Positions 30,332-46,159 of a stretch of 64,000 bases of DNA are shown piece after piece (the stretch's first letter is position 1; every line of letters starts with the position of its first letter). The notes below the pieces were generated by a model. That model saw only the letters and a program-made list of their open reading frames with translations. It made no database searches and was not told the origin of the DNA. This stretch comes from an uncultured Gemmatimonadaceae bacterium (lineage in GTDB: Bacteria > Gemmatimonadota > Gemmatimonadetes > Gemmatimonadales > Gemmatimonadaceae), in NCBI GenBank assembly GCA_963790305.1, contig CAWBOC010000010.1, forward strand, positions 32,001 to 96,000, given 5' to 3'. Position numbers and translations under genes: made by a program.

Positions 30332-31222
30332 ATGCGCCTGTCCTCGTTCCTCTCGGTTACATGCGGGCTCTTGGTGTTGGCGTCGTGCTATGAGAAGGAC
30401 CTGGAGGGACCAGAGCCAGTGAGCGTTTTCTCGATCGCCACGTCGGTACCGACGATGACACTGCGTCCCGACAGCGTGACGAGCTTTACCGTGGCAGTGC
30501 GAAATGAAACCAGAAACCAGGCGGTGTCGGCCATCGGTTCCTTCGCGGAGAGCGACGCGCCGTCCATTGTGAGAGTGGAGACGACGACGCGGCCCGACAG
30601 CTTCAAGGTCACCGCGGTCGATGGCGGAACGGCCCGGATCATCGTCGGATACACCGGCACCACGGGAAGCGCCCGGGATACGATCCTGGTGACCGCCACC
30701 CCGCGCCCCGTCGCCACCGTTTCACTGACACCAGACTCCACGGGCGTTTTCGTCGGAGCGACGACGACACTGCGCGCGGCATTGCTCGACGCGGCCGGTG
30801 ACACGATCCGTCAGCGCACAGCCACGTTCAGCAGTGTCGACACCACGCTCGCGACCGTCAGCGCAACCGGGGTCGTCACAGGGGTCCGCGTCGGACGGGC
30901 GAGGATCGTCGCCGCGCGCGAGGGAAGAGCAGATACGTCGACGGTCACGGTCACGCTTCGGCCGGTGAACACCGTCACCGTCGCTCCGGCTGATACGACC
31001 GTGCGCGTGGGCAATACCGTGCAGCTCACGGCGACGCTCCGTGCCGCGAACAACGCGGTGCTTACCGGCCGAACGGTCACCTGGGCCAGCTCGGATACCA
31101 CGATCGCCCGAGTGAATGGAAGCGGGCTCGTGACGGGAGTCGCGGCCAACGCTCAGTTCGTCACGATCACGGCGACGTCGGAAGGAAGGAGCGGAAACGG
31201 GCGAGTGATCGTCGTGCCGTAA
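30332..31222 (+). CDS. Lipoprotein with bacterial Ig-like (Big_2) repeats
   Basis: LASC lipobox; PVATVSLTP...TFSSVDTTLATVSATGVVTGV and PVNTVTVAP...TWASSDTTIARVNGSGLVTGV. Confidence 0.88.
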   Translation: MRLSSFLSVTCGLLVLASCYEKDLEGPEPVSVFSIATSVPTMTLRPDSVTSFTVAVRNETRNQAVSAIGSFAESDAPSIVRVETTTRPDSFKVTAVDGGTARIIVGYTGTTGSARDTILVTATPRPVATVSLTPDSTGVFVGATTTLRAALLDAAGDTIRQRTATFSSVDTTLATVSATGVVTGVRVGRARIVAAREGRADTSTVTVTLRPVNTVTVAPADTTVRVGNTVQLTATLRAANNAVLTGRTVTWASSDTTIARVNGSGLVTGVAANAQFVTITATSEGRSGNGRVIVVP

Positions 31223-31224
31223 GA

Positions 31225-31277
31225 GCGATTGCCGACTGCGGATTGCGGATCGGGCTGTAGCTCGATCCGCAATTCGC
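31225..31277. repeat. Family B variant element (GCGGATT)
   Basis: GCGATTGCCGACTGCGGATTGCGGATCGGGC TGTA GCTCGATCCGCAATTCGC; fills the convergent junction. Confidence 0.85.
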
Positions 31278-32437
31278 TATTTGACTTCGATCGGCACCCA
31301 CGCTTCACGATCGTCCCACCGCAGTCGAAGCACTGCGCCCGGCTCCTTTGGCTCCAGGCTGATCGTGAATTGCTCTTCCGTCGTTTCGGGCGCCTCGTCG
31401 TGCATCTCGACGCGGGCGATGTCCTGAGCGGAATCGTAGATGGTGCCCCACTGGCCCGTCTGCTTGTTGACGATGAGCGTCCAGCCCTCGGGCTTCGGAA
31501 TCGTCCACAGCGTGTAGGTTCCCGCGGGGACGGCGGCGCCACCGATCACAAGGTTCTTGTCGGTGTGAAAATGCGTTGCTTCGTTCGCACCGGTACGCCA
31601 GACCTCGCCCCAGGGAACGATCCCGCCGAAGACGACACGGCTGCGCTTCACGGGGCGAGAGTACGTGACGGTGAAATTCGCGCCAGCGATGTTCGTCCGC
31701 AGAGTGTCCCGTGGCGACAGCTGCGGAATCGCCGTCATCATCGCGATGGGCGTGAGATCCGTCATCGCCCCGCGCGTCACCACGACCTTGAAGGTCGAGC
31801 CAAGGGCGTGGGCACCCTGGATGCGGCCGGCCGCGTCGACGCGCGCATACATTGTTCCGAAAGGCGCAACGATCTTCATCGTATCGGCGTTGACGCGAAC
31901 GACGCTGACGACGTCGGTGCGCTGAGCACCGACCGCCCAGGTGGGGATCTGCAGGCTATCCACTCCGGAACGGGCGAGGTGGCGCGTGAGGATTCCGTAC
32001 GACGCGTAGGATTGCCCGAGCAGTGGCACCGTCCCGCGTGGCGCGGGCACACGCCGCGTGACCGTGCTGTCGTTGCGCTTCGTCTCCATCACGATCGTGT
32101 CGCCGCTGAGGGTAATCAGCGCGGTCTGTAGCGGCGGGCTCGCTGGGGTGTCCGTGGGGCGCCGCGTCGAGAACTCGAGCCGGATGGGGTTCCCCTCGTC
32201 ATTGAACGTCATCGCGTACGGACGTCTCACCGTCTCACGCAGTCGCGTCACGACCTCGCCGTCGATCCGTCCGCGGCCAAACCGAAAGCGTTCGGCGGCG
32301 ATGGTGTCGCGGCCAAGCGTAACGATGAAGCTCCCCTGGTCGGCGATGGCCGCGGCGAGCGACGGGGAGTCCACCTGACGAGGGCTCGAGGCGCAGCCGA
32401 TCGCAAGCGGTAGCAGTAACAGGGGCTGAAGGCGCAT
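31277..32437 (-). CDS. DUF2911 domain lipoprotein
   Basis: AIGC lipobox; SPRD...YSRP...VFGGIVPWGEVWRTGANEAT...AGTYTLWTIP...WG..YD. Confidence 0.9.
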   Translation of the reverse strand: MRLQPLLLLPLAIGCASSPRQVDSPSLAAAIADQGSFIVTLGRDTIAAERFRFGRGRIDGEVVTRLRETVRRPYAMTFNDEGNPIRLEFSTRRPTDTPASPPLQTALITLSGDTIVMETKRNDSTVTRRVPAPRGTVPLLGQSYASYGILTRHLARSGVDSLQIPTWAVGAQRTDVVSVVRVNADTMKIVAPFGTMYARVDAAGRIQGAHALGSTFKVVVTRGAMTDLTPIAMMTAIPQLSPRDTLRTNIAGANFTVTYSRPVKRSRVVFGGIVPWGEVWRTGANEATHFHTDKNLVIGGAAVPAGTYTLWTIPKPEGWTLIVNKQTGQWGTIYDSAQDIARVEMHDEAPETTEEQFTISLEPKEPGAVLRLRWDDREAWVPIEVK

Positions 32438-32559
32438 GGGATGAGTCCGGCGGTGGAAATGGTGCGGTCCAATGTCCCGTGTAGGATGACTGACGGTCTC
32501 GGTGGTCGCCAGCGTCGGGGCATGCGGATTGCCCGCCTCGACCCTAGCGAGGAGGGTTG

Positions 32560-33342
32560 GTGGCCACACGAGTGAAGCCGTACGCCGGAAGCGCCGCGTC
32601 CTACGTGCCGGAGCGTCCCACGCTCGAGAAGGCTCGCGCCGCCTCCAAGGCGTGCAAAGCGTGCTGGCTGTGGACGCTCGGGACGCAAACGGTGTTTGGC
32701 GAAGGGCCTCGTCAGGCGGACGTCATGTTCGTGGGCGAGCAGCCGGGCGATCAGGAGGACAAGGCAGGCCGGCCCTTCGTGGGTCCGGCCGGAAAGCTGC
32801 TCGACCGTGTGCTCGATGAGGCGGGAATCGATCGCACGACCGTCTACCTGACGAACGCGGTGAAGCACTTCAAGTGGGAACGCTCCGAGCGGAGCACCCG
32901 CCGCATCCACAAGAAGCCTAACGACGCCGAGATCCGCGCCTGTCGCCCGTGGCTGGATGCCGAGATCGCGCTGGTGCGGCCGCGCGTCATCGTCACGCTC
33001 GGTGCCACCGCATCGCAGGCACTGCTTGGCAAACAGTTCCGCGTGACGAAAGACCGCGGCAAGCCGATCGCATCGCCACTCGCCGAGGCGATCTTCGCGA
33101 CGGTGCACCCCTCGGCGGTGCTACGCGCTCCCGATGCCGCGGCACGAGCGCTCGCCGAGAAGGCGCTCATCGCCGATCTCACCAAGGTCGCCCGACACCT
33201 TCGGGCGCCGACCCGGCAAACATCGCCACGGGCAGCGCGTGCGACTGCGACACGCACCGAGACGCGCGCGACGAAGACACCGGGTACTCGCACCGGCTCA
33301 CGCGAGCTGTCGATGGCCGCGCGCGGCCGGCGGAGCGGCTAG
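32560..33342 (+). CDS. udgX: UdgX family uracil-DNA binding protein
   Basis: CxxC, GEQPGDQED, NAVKHFKW, R-loop TRRIHKKP, ACRPWL, HPSAVL. Confidence 0.92.
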   Translation: MATRVKPYAGSAASYVPERPTLEKARAASKACKACWLWTLGTQTVFGEGPRQADVMFVGEQPGDQEDKAGRPFVGPAGKLLDRVLDEAGIDRTTVYLTNAVKHFKWERSERSTRRIHKKPNDAEIRACRPWLDAEIALVRPRVIVTLGATASQALLGKQFRVTKDRGKPIASPLAEAIFATVHPSAVLRAPDAAARALAEKALIADLTKVARHLRAPTRQTSPRAARATATRTETRATKTPGTRTGSRELSMAARGRRSG

Positions 33343-33455
33343 ATACTCCGCAGCAACCAGTACAGCAGCAGGAAAATGAGGACGGTGGTAAAGCAGCCAC
33401 CGCCAAGCTTCTTCGCGCCCCAGCCGGCGCCGAGCGCGGCGAAGAGTCGATTCAT
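33339..33455 (-). CDS. 38-aa small membrane protein
   Basis: MNRLFAALGAGWGAKKLGGGCFTTVLIFLLLYWLLRSI; clean TM helix and host-like codons; RBS weak. Confidence 0.65.
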   Translation of the reverse strand: MNRLFAALGAGWGAKKLGGGCFTTVLIFLLLYWLLRSI

Positions 33456-33508
33456 GTCGTAATTGCCCGGTTCGAGGTTGCGGACGGCATGCGCAGGAAT
33501 GGAGCCAA

Positions 33509-33635
33509 AGGGTGGCGAAGATGTCGAGGTCGTCGACGTGATCGAGGGCTGGACCGTTGAGCCACTTCGCGCAACTCGGCATCTTAACGTGCCCCCCTCG
33601 ATCACTTCGACAACATTGACCACCTCGACTACCTC
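33509..33635. repeat. Family A element with a ~46-nt spacer
   Basis: GACGTGATCGAGGG ... CCCTCGATCACTTC; right arm overlaps the alkA 5' end. Confidence 0.85.
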
Positions 33636-34263
33636 AGCTCTGGAACTCCGCCGCGCCCTCGCGCATCTGCGGAAGACCGACGAGCGCATCGCGCGCGTCA
33701 TTGAGCAGGTTGGGCCCTGTCGCTTCACGCGTCGGGCCGAAGGCACGCACTTCGACGCCCTGCTGCGGGCCATCGTGTACCAGCAGCTCTCCGGGAAAGC
33801 GGCATCGACGATTCTCGGACGGGTGCTCGCCATCTACGGTGATCGGTACCCCACCGCGGCTGAGCTGCTCGCCACTCCCGAAGACCAGCTGCGCGCGGCG
33901 GGACTGTCACGGCAGAAGCTGAGCTACATCCGAGACCTCGCGCGGCACGTGCAGGAGGGGCTGCTTCCCGTCGACGACCTCAATGTGCTGGGGGACGCCG
34001 AGATCATCGAGGCGCTTACGGCGGTGAAGGGCATCGGTCGCTGGAGCGCGCAAATGTTCCTCATGTTCCGGCTCGGGCGGCCGGACGTGCTCCCTGAGCT
34101 CGACCTCGGCATTCGCAAGGGTCTGCAGCGCGCCTACAGGATGCGAAAGCTGCCCACCCCACAGCGAGTGAGGTCCATCGGCGCCCGATGGTCACCATAT
34201 TCCACGTATGCCTGTTGGTACCTCTGGCGGTCGCTCGACGGAGACGCGAACCTCGCCGACTAG
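33589..34263 (+). CDS. alkA: AlkA-like DNA-3-methyladenine glycosylase (HhH-GPD), start uncertain
   Basis: AIVYQQLSGKAA, GLSRQK, LTAVKGIGRWSAQMFLMF.LGRPDVLP..DLG, WSPY. Confidence 0.92.
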   Translation: MPPSITSTTLTTSTTSALELRRALAHLRKTDERIARVIEQVGPCRFTRRAEGTHFDALLRAIVYQQLSGKAASTILGRVLAIYGDRYPTAAELLATPEDQLRAAGLSRQKLSYIRDLARHVQEGLLPVDDLNVLGDAEIIEALTAVKGIGRWSAQMFLMFRLGRPDVLPELDLGIRKGLQRAYRMRKLPTPQRVRSIGARWSPYSTYACWYLWRSLDGDANLAD

Positions 34264-35407
34264 GTCGGCCACCGATCGCTTCGACCTGTTCGCGATCGCG
34301 GCCCCGGGACTGGAGCCACTCGTCCAGCGTGAGCTGAAAGCCCTGGGCATCGAGGGCCTCCACGTCGACGCGGGCGGCGTCTCCTTCACCGGCGGACGCG
34401 AGGCGATCTACCGCGCCAACTTGTACCTCCGAACGGCGACCCGCGTCATCGCGCGCGTCGCCGAGTTCGGTGTGAGGGGATTCCCCGAGCTCGTACGGCA
34501 CGCGAAGCGGCAACCATGGGAGCGCTACCTCGTCGCCAACCGTCCGATTCAGCTTCGCGTCACCTGCCGAAAGTCACGTCTCTACCACTCGGGTGCGGTC
34601 GCCGAGCGTGTAGCCGACGCGATATCCCAGCGGTTGGGGGTCGAGGGAGTCGAGGTGATCAAGGGTAGCGAGGACGAGGACGCCACGGGTCAGCTCGTCA
34701 TCGTCCGCGTGGCCCACGACCACTGCGTGCTGAGCGTAGACACGTCGGGCGAGCTGCTGCACCGTCGCGGCTATCGCGAGGCGACAGCGAAGGCACCGAT
34801 TCGTGAGACGCTGGCCGCCGCGCTCCTTCTGGCCGCGGAGTGGCGCGGGGACGCGCCGCTGCTCGACCCGTTCTGCGGATCGGGAACGGTCGCGATCGAG
34901 GGCGCCTTGCTCGCGCGTCACATTGCGCCCGGCCTCAACCGTCGCTTCGCCTTCATGGAGTGGCCCGACTTCGACAGCGCACTCTGGCGCCGCACTCACG
35001 ATGAAGCCGCGCGCGCGGTGGTCGCGCGCGCGCCATCACCCATTCAGGCGTCTGATCGAGACGCGGGCGCCATCGAGGCCGCGCGCGCGAACGCGGCACG
35101 CGCCGGCGTCGCCGACGACATCGTCTTTGAGAAGAGGGCGCTTTCGGCGATCGAGCCGCCGGTGGGGCTGGGCTGGGTCTGCACGAACCCTCCCTACGGC
35201 GTGCGCGTGAGCGAACGCGCCGAGCTGCGAAATCTCTACGCGCAATTCGGCAAGGTCATGCACGCGAAATGTCCAGGGTGGACGGTGGCGATGTATTCGG
35301 CCGACGCGCGTCTCGAGAAAGCGGCGAGACTCCCCTTGCGTCCGGTTCTGCGGACGGTGAACGGGGGAATTCCGGTGCGGGTCGTTAGGGGGATTGTCGG
35401 GCAGTAA
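34208..35407 (+). CDS. THUMP-domain class I SAM-dependent RNA methyltransferase (RlmL-like), start uncertain
   Basis: PGLE...EL, ANLYLRTATRV, DTSGELLHRRGYR, APIRETLAAA, DPFCGSGT, NPPYG. Confidence 0.9.
   Translation: MPVGTSGGRSTETRTSPTRSATDRFDLFAIAAPGLEPLVQRELKALGIEGLHVDAGGVSFTGGREAIYRANLYLRTATRVIARVAEFGVRGFPELVRHAKRQPWERYLVANRPIQLRVTCRKSRLYHSGAVAERVADAISQRLGVEGVEVIKGSEDEDATGQLVIVRVAHDHCVLSVDTSGELLHRRGYREATAKAPIRETLAAALLLAAEWRGDAPLLDPFCGSGTVAIEGALLARHIAPGLNRRFAFMEWPDFDSALWRRTHDEAARAVVARAPSPIQASDRDAGAIEAARANAARAGVADDIVFEKRALSAIEPPVGLGWVCTNPPYGVRVSERAELRNLYAQFGKVMHAKCPGWTVAMYSADARLEKAARLPLRPVLRTVNGGIPVRVVRGIVGQ
34637..34665 (+). repeat. Family A left arm inside a CDS
   Basis: GGGGTCGAGGGAGTCGAGGTGATCAAGGG encodes GVEGVEVIKG in the methyltransferase. 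Confidence 0.7.
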
Positions 35408-35424
35408 CACTCGTGGCAACAGAA

Positions 35425-36030
35425 TCAACAGCCCCGCGCGACCCGATTCCACCACCGCGCAATGCGCTCTCCCGCCAAATGAATCAGCACCGCGATCGTG
35501 AAGAATCGCGCGGCGCGGCCGGCGCCTAACGCCAGGGCGAATACCGGGAAGGGAATCCCGAACGCCCCCGCCGAGACGGAGACCAGCTTCGAGGGGAAGG
35601 GCGAGACCGAGCTGATGACGACGAGCATCCAGCCGTGCTTGGCGAAAAGCGTCTTCAACGTCGCCAGCTCGCTCGGCTCGATCCCGAACACACCGAGCAC
35701 CGGAGCGACCACTTCCTGAAAAGCGTAGGCACCGGCGGTGTAAGCGACGATCCCGCCGAGCGTCGATCCGAGAAGCGCCCAGAGTGCCAGGCGATAGACG
35801 CGTCGCGGGTCGGCGAGGCCGAATGGGATGAGCAGCGCATCGGCCGGACCGGGCATGGCCGAGCCCTGCGCGAACGTCCACCCCGCGGTGGCGGGACCAG
35901 ACCATCCCGATTCCGCCCATCCATGCAGGGCGGAGAGAACCCGACAGGCGCGTCCGCGAAGCCCCCCGAGCTGTGTCGCTGGGGGCGGCGGCGGAAGCGT
36001 CACTTGTCGAGGTGCCGAGGTGGTGGCCAC
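35425..36030 (-). CDS. YqaA/DedA (VTT domain) membrane protein
   Basis: PGPADALLIP, GSTLGGIVAY..G, SPFPSK..SVSAG, GRAARFF. Confidence 0.85.
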   Translation of the reverse strand: MATTSAPRQVTLPPPPPATQLGGLRGRACRVLSALHGWAESGWSGPATAGWTFAQGSAMPGPADALLIPFGLADPRRVYRLALWALLGSTLGGIVAYTAGAYAFQEVVAPVLGVFGIEPSELATLKTLFAKHGWMLVVISSVSPFPSKLVSVSAGAFGIPFPVFALALGAGRAARFFTIAVLIHLAGERIARWWNRVARGC

Positions 36031-36033
36031 GGG

Positions 36034-37827
36034 TCAGGCTCTTGGGCGCGTTCCCTCTTGAAACACCGGAGAGGGTACCTGGCGTTCCGTCCGACCCGCG
36101 CCATCGCCGCGATCGGCCACGGGAGTCGCGACCGCGCGGGGCTGCTCGACGTTCGACGGCAGCGAGAGTCGGAACGTGCTCCCTTCGCCGGGCACCGACT
36201 CGACCTCCAGCTTGCCGTTGAGCAGCGTCGCAAGCCGGCTCGAGATCGGCAGTCCGAGCCCCGTCCCCTGCTCGTTGTGCGTCTTCTGCAGCTGCACGAA
36301 CTCGTCGAAGATCTTGGGGATGTCTTCCGCGGCGATGCCGACGCCGTGATCCACGACGTCGATCTGTATGCCACCGTCGTCGATGGCACGGTACACGACG
36401 CGAATCGGGTTGCCGTTGCCGAACTTGATCGCGTTCGAGAGCAGGTTCAGCAGAATCTGCCGGACGCGCCGCGGATCGCTGACGATCTTCCGCGAGTCGC
36501 CTTCCACCACCAGCGATAGCTCCGATCGCCGCTCGTCGGCGAGCGGGCGAACGGTGACGAACAGATCCTCGATGAGCGTGGGGAAGGGAACCGGCTGGAG
36601 CTGCAGCTCGATCTTCCCCGCCTCGATCTTCGACAGGTCGAGCACGTCGTTGACGAGCTCCAGCAGGTGCTTGGCCGCCTTCTGCGCGCGCCGGACGCCC
36701 TGCGTCTGCTTCTCGTTGAGCGGGCCGTAGATGTGGTCGAGCAACAGCGTGTTGTACCCGAGGATCGCGTTGATCGGCGTCCGCAGCTCGTGCGACATCG
36801 ATGCGTAGAAGCGCGAGCGAGCGGTGATCGCCTTCTCGAGATCGATCTGCCGCCGCGCGAGCTCGTCGTTCACTGTCTTGAGCTCGGCCATCGTGTTGGC
36901 GAGGGTCGCCGTCTGGTTTCGGAGCTCGTTCTCGGCCGCCACCCGCTCGGTGATGTCGCGCGCGATGATCGTGTAGACCTTTCCCTCGGCGAGCTCCAGG
37001 CACGACACGGAGCACTCGATCGGGAACGTGTCGCCGGACGCGCGAACTCCCAGTGCGGACTCGAGCTGCGGCGTTACATGCGCGTGCGCGCGGCCGGGCC
37101 GGGCGACGGGGGCCGAGGCGCACACGCGATCGATGAAATCGGCGCGATACTCCGGCGGGAAGAACTCGCCGATCTCTCGTCCCACCGCGTCTTTCGCCGA
37201 GAATCCGAAGACGCGCTCAGCGGCGGCGTTGAAGAGCGTCACGCGCTGCGACTCATCGAACATGATGATCGCGTCGATGGCGGACTCCACGACTTCCGCC
37301 ATGCGGGCCTCGGACTCCGACAGGCGCACGCGGTGCTGGAGCTCGATCTCACGGCGCTCGTGCACACGGAGGCGCTGCTCCTGCTCGCGCAGCTGCCGAC
37401 CCTTCTCGTGCAGCTCCACGAATACCGACACCTTGGAGCGCAGCACGTCGGGGTGGAACGGCTTCGACAGATAATCCACCGCGCCGACGGAATAGCCCTC
37501 GAACACGTACTGCTCTTCCTTGCTGATCGCGGTGAGGAAGATGATCGGCACGTGACGCGAGCGCTCGCGTGACTTGATGACCTTCGCCGTCTCGAACCCG
37601 TTCATCCCCGGCATCTGCACATCGAGGAGGATGACGGCCAGGTCGCGTCGCAGCACCTCGCGGAGCGCTTCCTCACCGGACGAGGCTCGAATCAGGTGGA
37701 GCCCGAGCGGATCGAGGATGGCCTCGAGCGCGAGCAGATTCTCCTGGCGGTCGTCCACCAGGAGGATATCCACGTCCCGATGCGTCAGGGTGCTCTCATT
37801 GTCGGCCCTCGTCTCGATCGCGGTCAT
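36034..37827 (-). CDS. Receiver-PAS-histidine kinase
   Basis: LLVDD, LDVQMPGMNG, PIIFLTA; PAS FNAAAERVFG...[30 protein letters not shown]. Confidence 0.93.
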   Translation of the reverse strand: MTAIETRADNESTLTHRDVDILLVDDRQENLLALEAILDPLGLHLIRASSGEEALREVLRRDLAVILLDVQMPGMNGFETAKVIKSRERSRHVPIIFLTAISKEEQYVFEGYSVGAVDYLSKPFHPDVLRSKVSVFVELHEKGRQLREQEQRLRVHERREIELQHRVRLSESEARMAEVVESAIDAIIMFDESQRVTLFNAAAERVFGFSAKDAVGREIGEFFPPEYRADFIDRVCASAPVARPGRAHAHVTPQLESALGVRASGDTFPIECSVSCLELAEGKVYTIIARDITERVAAENELRNQTATLANTMAELKTVNDELARRQIDLEKAITARSRFYASMSHELRTPINAILGYNTLLLDHIYGPLNEKQTQGVRRAQKAAKHLLELVNDVLDLSKIEAGKIELQLQPVPFPTLIEDLFVTVRPLADERRSELSLVVEGDSRKIVSDPRRVRQILLNLLSNAIKFGNGNPIRVVYRAIDDGGIQIDVVDHGVGIAAEDIPKIFDEFVQLQKTHNEQGTGLGLPISSRLATLLNGKLEVESVPGEGSTFRLSLPSNVEQPRAVATPVADRGDGAGRTERQVPSPVFQEGTRPRA

Positions 37828-38444
37828 GGGCGCACCTCATCCGCGCCACCGGCGGGCTCGCGACGCGGCCGAGCATTCTCCTCGCTCGTCGCAAGCGACA
37901 CCAGATAGGGAGCAATGCGCTCGAGGGGGAGCGTTTGCGCCGCCGGAACGGCTTTCAACGCCGCGCGCGGCATGATCGGACTTTCCGCGGTCCTCGGATC
38001 CTGGACGATCGCCAGTCCTCCGCGGACTGCGATCTGCCGCAGGCCCGCCGCGCCGTCTTCGTTCGCGCCGGTGAGAACAATGCCGAGCGCCGAGGGGCCG
38101 AAGCGCTCGGCTACCGACTCGAAGAAGACGTCGATCGAGGGCCGGCTGTAGCGCACCGGCTCGTCGACGGACAGCGAAAATTCATCACCGTCGACGAGGA
38201 GGTGGTAGTCGGGTGGAGCGAGATACACGTAGCCGCCCATGATGGGTTGTTTGTCCTCCACCTCACACACGATGAGGGACGTGCAATCCTGAAGAAGCTC
38301 GCGCAGTGCGGCGGATTCCTTGCTGCGATGTTGCACGAACGCGATGGGCACGCGGAAATGCGGGGGGAGGCCATGCGCGATCGCGCGCAGCGCCTTGAGG
38401 CCACCCCACGATGCACCCACCGCGATCATTGATAGCGGCTTCAC
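37824..38444 (-). CDS. cheB: CheB-type methylesterase without a receiver domain
   Basis: GASWGG (Ser), VQH (His), LTGANEDG (Asp); APPDYHLL, RPSIDVFF. Confidence 0.92.
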   Translation of the reverse strand: MKPLSMIAVGASWGGLKALRAIAHGLPPHFRVPIAFVQHRSKESAALRELLQDCTSLIVCEVEDKQPIMGGYVYLAPPDYHLLVDGDEFSLSVDEPVRYSRPSIDVFFESVAERFGPSALGIVLTGANEDGAAGLRQIAVRGGLAIVQDPRTAESPIMPRAALKAVPAAQTLPLERIAPYLVSLATSEENARPRREPAGGADEVRP

Positions 38445-39363
38445 TTGACCTTCCGATAGATCTTTTCGCGACGATCCACCGCCTCATAGTCGTCCTCGAA
38501 CCCGGTGAAGCGAAGCGACTCCTTGCTTCCGAGGCCCAGATACCCGTAGACGGGAAGGGATTCGTGGAAAAGCTTGTGCACCCGCTGCTGCAGGGTGCGG
38601 TCGAAATAGATGAGAACGTTGCGGCAGAGGATGACGTTGCACTCGGCGAACGAGCGGTCGGTCACGAGATTGTGCTGCGAGAACACGATGTTCCGCATCA
38701 GCCGCGGGGAGAAGAGAGCCCCGTCGTACATCGCGGTGTAGTACTCGCTGAACGACCGTGTTCCGCCCGCGCGGATGTAATTCTGCGTGTATTCCTGCAT
38801 TCGGTCGAGCGGGAAAATGCCTTCCTTCGCCTTGCGGATGACGACCTCGTTGATGTCCGTGGCGTAGATCCGGGCGCGGTCGTAGAGATCCTCCTCCTCG
38901 AGGAGAATCGCCATCGAGTACGCCTCCTCTCCGGTCGAGCACCCGGCATGCCAGATCCGGATGAACGGGTACGTGCGCAGCGCGGGCACGACATCGCGGC
39001 GAAACGCGACGTAGAACCCGGGGTCGCGAAACATCGCCGTGACGTTGATGGAGAGATCGAGCAGCAGCCGCTCCATCATCGATGGATCGTGCAGCACGCG
39101 ATCCTGGAGCGCGCTGATCGTCTTCAGCCCGTCGCTATCGATGCGCTTCCAAATGCGGCGTCTCAGCGATGCGTAGGCGTACGCCCGGAAGTCGAATCCG
39201 TAGTGGCGGTAGACGCCTTCGAGCAGCAGCTGGATCTCGATGCGCTCGAGATCCGGGCTGTATCCGTTGACCGGCTGCTCGGCCGCCGCGGCGAGGTCGC
39301 TGGCCGTCGGGGTCGCAATGGGCTCGTCCACAGGTGCTGGCGCCGCGTCGGCGGCGGGCAGCC

Positions 39364-39379
<16 letters not shown>
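38441..39379 (-). CDS. cheR: CheR-type protein-glutamate O-methyltransferase
   Basis: [44 protein letters not shown]. Confidence 0.94.
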
Positions 39380-45099
<5,720 letters not shown>

Positions 45100-45341
45100 G
45101 TCACCGATGCCCACGGATTGACTCCTGATGTCTGCGTGTCTTGAGAAGCGACGCCTGGCCCGGAACACGCACAGTGGGGTGCACCGGCCTGGCAGATCTC
45201 GGATTGCTCTCGAGTAATTCGACGCTGTAGTGCAAGAAGCGAGCACTCCGATGCGCGCCCGCTTCCGAGAGGAGATCGACGGTCGCGGCGGCCCGCAGCG
45301 CACCCGATGGACCCGTTACCTTACCCCCAGTCCCGACCCGG

Positions 45342-46074
45342 ATGCGGACCTTGCGTACCTTCGATCTCCGAACGTTCGAGCTCCACGATATGCTCCGGTG
45401 TGGGCTCGATATTCGGCAGGCAGCGCGCAATGCCCCCTCCCTCGAAGAGGCGGCGACCTCGGTCATCCAGTATCTTTTCAACGCGTTTCGAGACCCGGCG
45501 TCAGGCGACCCGCAGCTGGCATTGGTGCGGTTTTACAAGACACTGCCCTATCGGGAGTTGGAGCCCGACCTGCGCCTGGTCGCGAAGACGGCCTTAGGCG
45601 AGGCGCCGCGCGACGAAGGGATGAAGTGTCTCACGCTGCTCGCGACCGCCGGTGTCGAGGAGGCGGTGGAATGACCGCCATCAATCCCGGGGTCACCGCG
45701 CCATTCCGCTCGCGAGCGTCCGTATGGTCCACCGAGCGCCGATGATCGCGCAGCTCATCGAGCAGTTGGGGATGGACGTCGAGCACCTCCTGCAGACGGA
45801 CACCACCCTGTTGCCCGACGCGGAGGGCCGCACCTACAACATTTTCTATGTCGAACGCGCTAAGGGAAGCCCCTACATCCCCGCGCAGGCCGACTTCGTC
45901 GTCCCGTTCGGGATTGAGTCGGTGGTGGGCTTCGGCGGGATCCTGCGGGGTGAGATGTTCGCCGTGGTGTTGTTCAGCCGAGTTCCGATCACCCCTGCCG
46001 CGGCGAACCGGTTTCGGAACATCGCGCTCGAGGTGAAGGCGGTGCTGCATTCGATAGACAGGGTGTTCGCTTAG
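45342..46074 (+). CDS. Conserved-looking hypothetical soluble protein, apparent frameshift at ~45665
   Basis: SLEEAA..VIQYLF...ALVRFYKT...CLTLLATAG + WNDRHQSRGHRAIPL...APMIAQL...SPYIPAQ..FV.PFGIESVVGFGG; divergent from the kinase. Confidence 0.75.
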
Positions 46075-46080
46075 CGACGC

Positions 46081-46156
46081 ATGCGGAATGCGGAATGCGG
46101 ATTGCGATGGCGCAGCAGCTCCAAGCCTTCAATCCGCAGTCCGCATTCCGCATTCG
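46081..46156. repeat. Family B element
   Basis: ATGCGGAATGCGGAATGCGGATTG ... CAATCCGCAGTCCGCATTCCGCATTCG; fills the convergent junction. Confidence 0.92.
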
Positions 46157-46159
46157 TCG

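Noticed and set aside
35036..37123. Long alternative-frame ORFs (695 aa here; also 26070-27692, 42271-43797, 17547-19055)
   Set aside because: Arg/Ala/Pro-rich shadow frames overlapping well-supported genes, as expected in high-GC DNA
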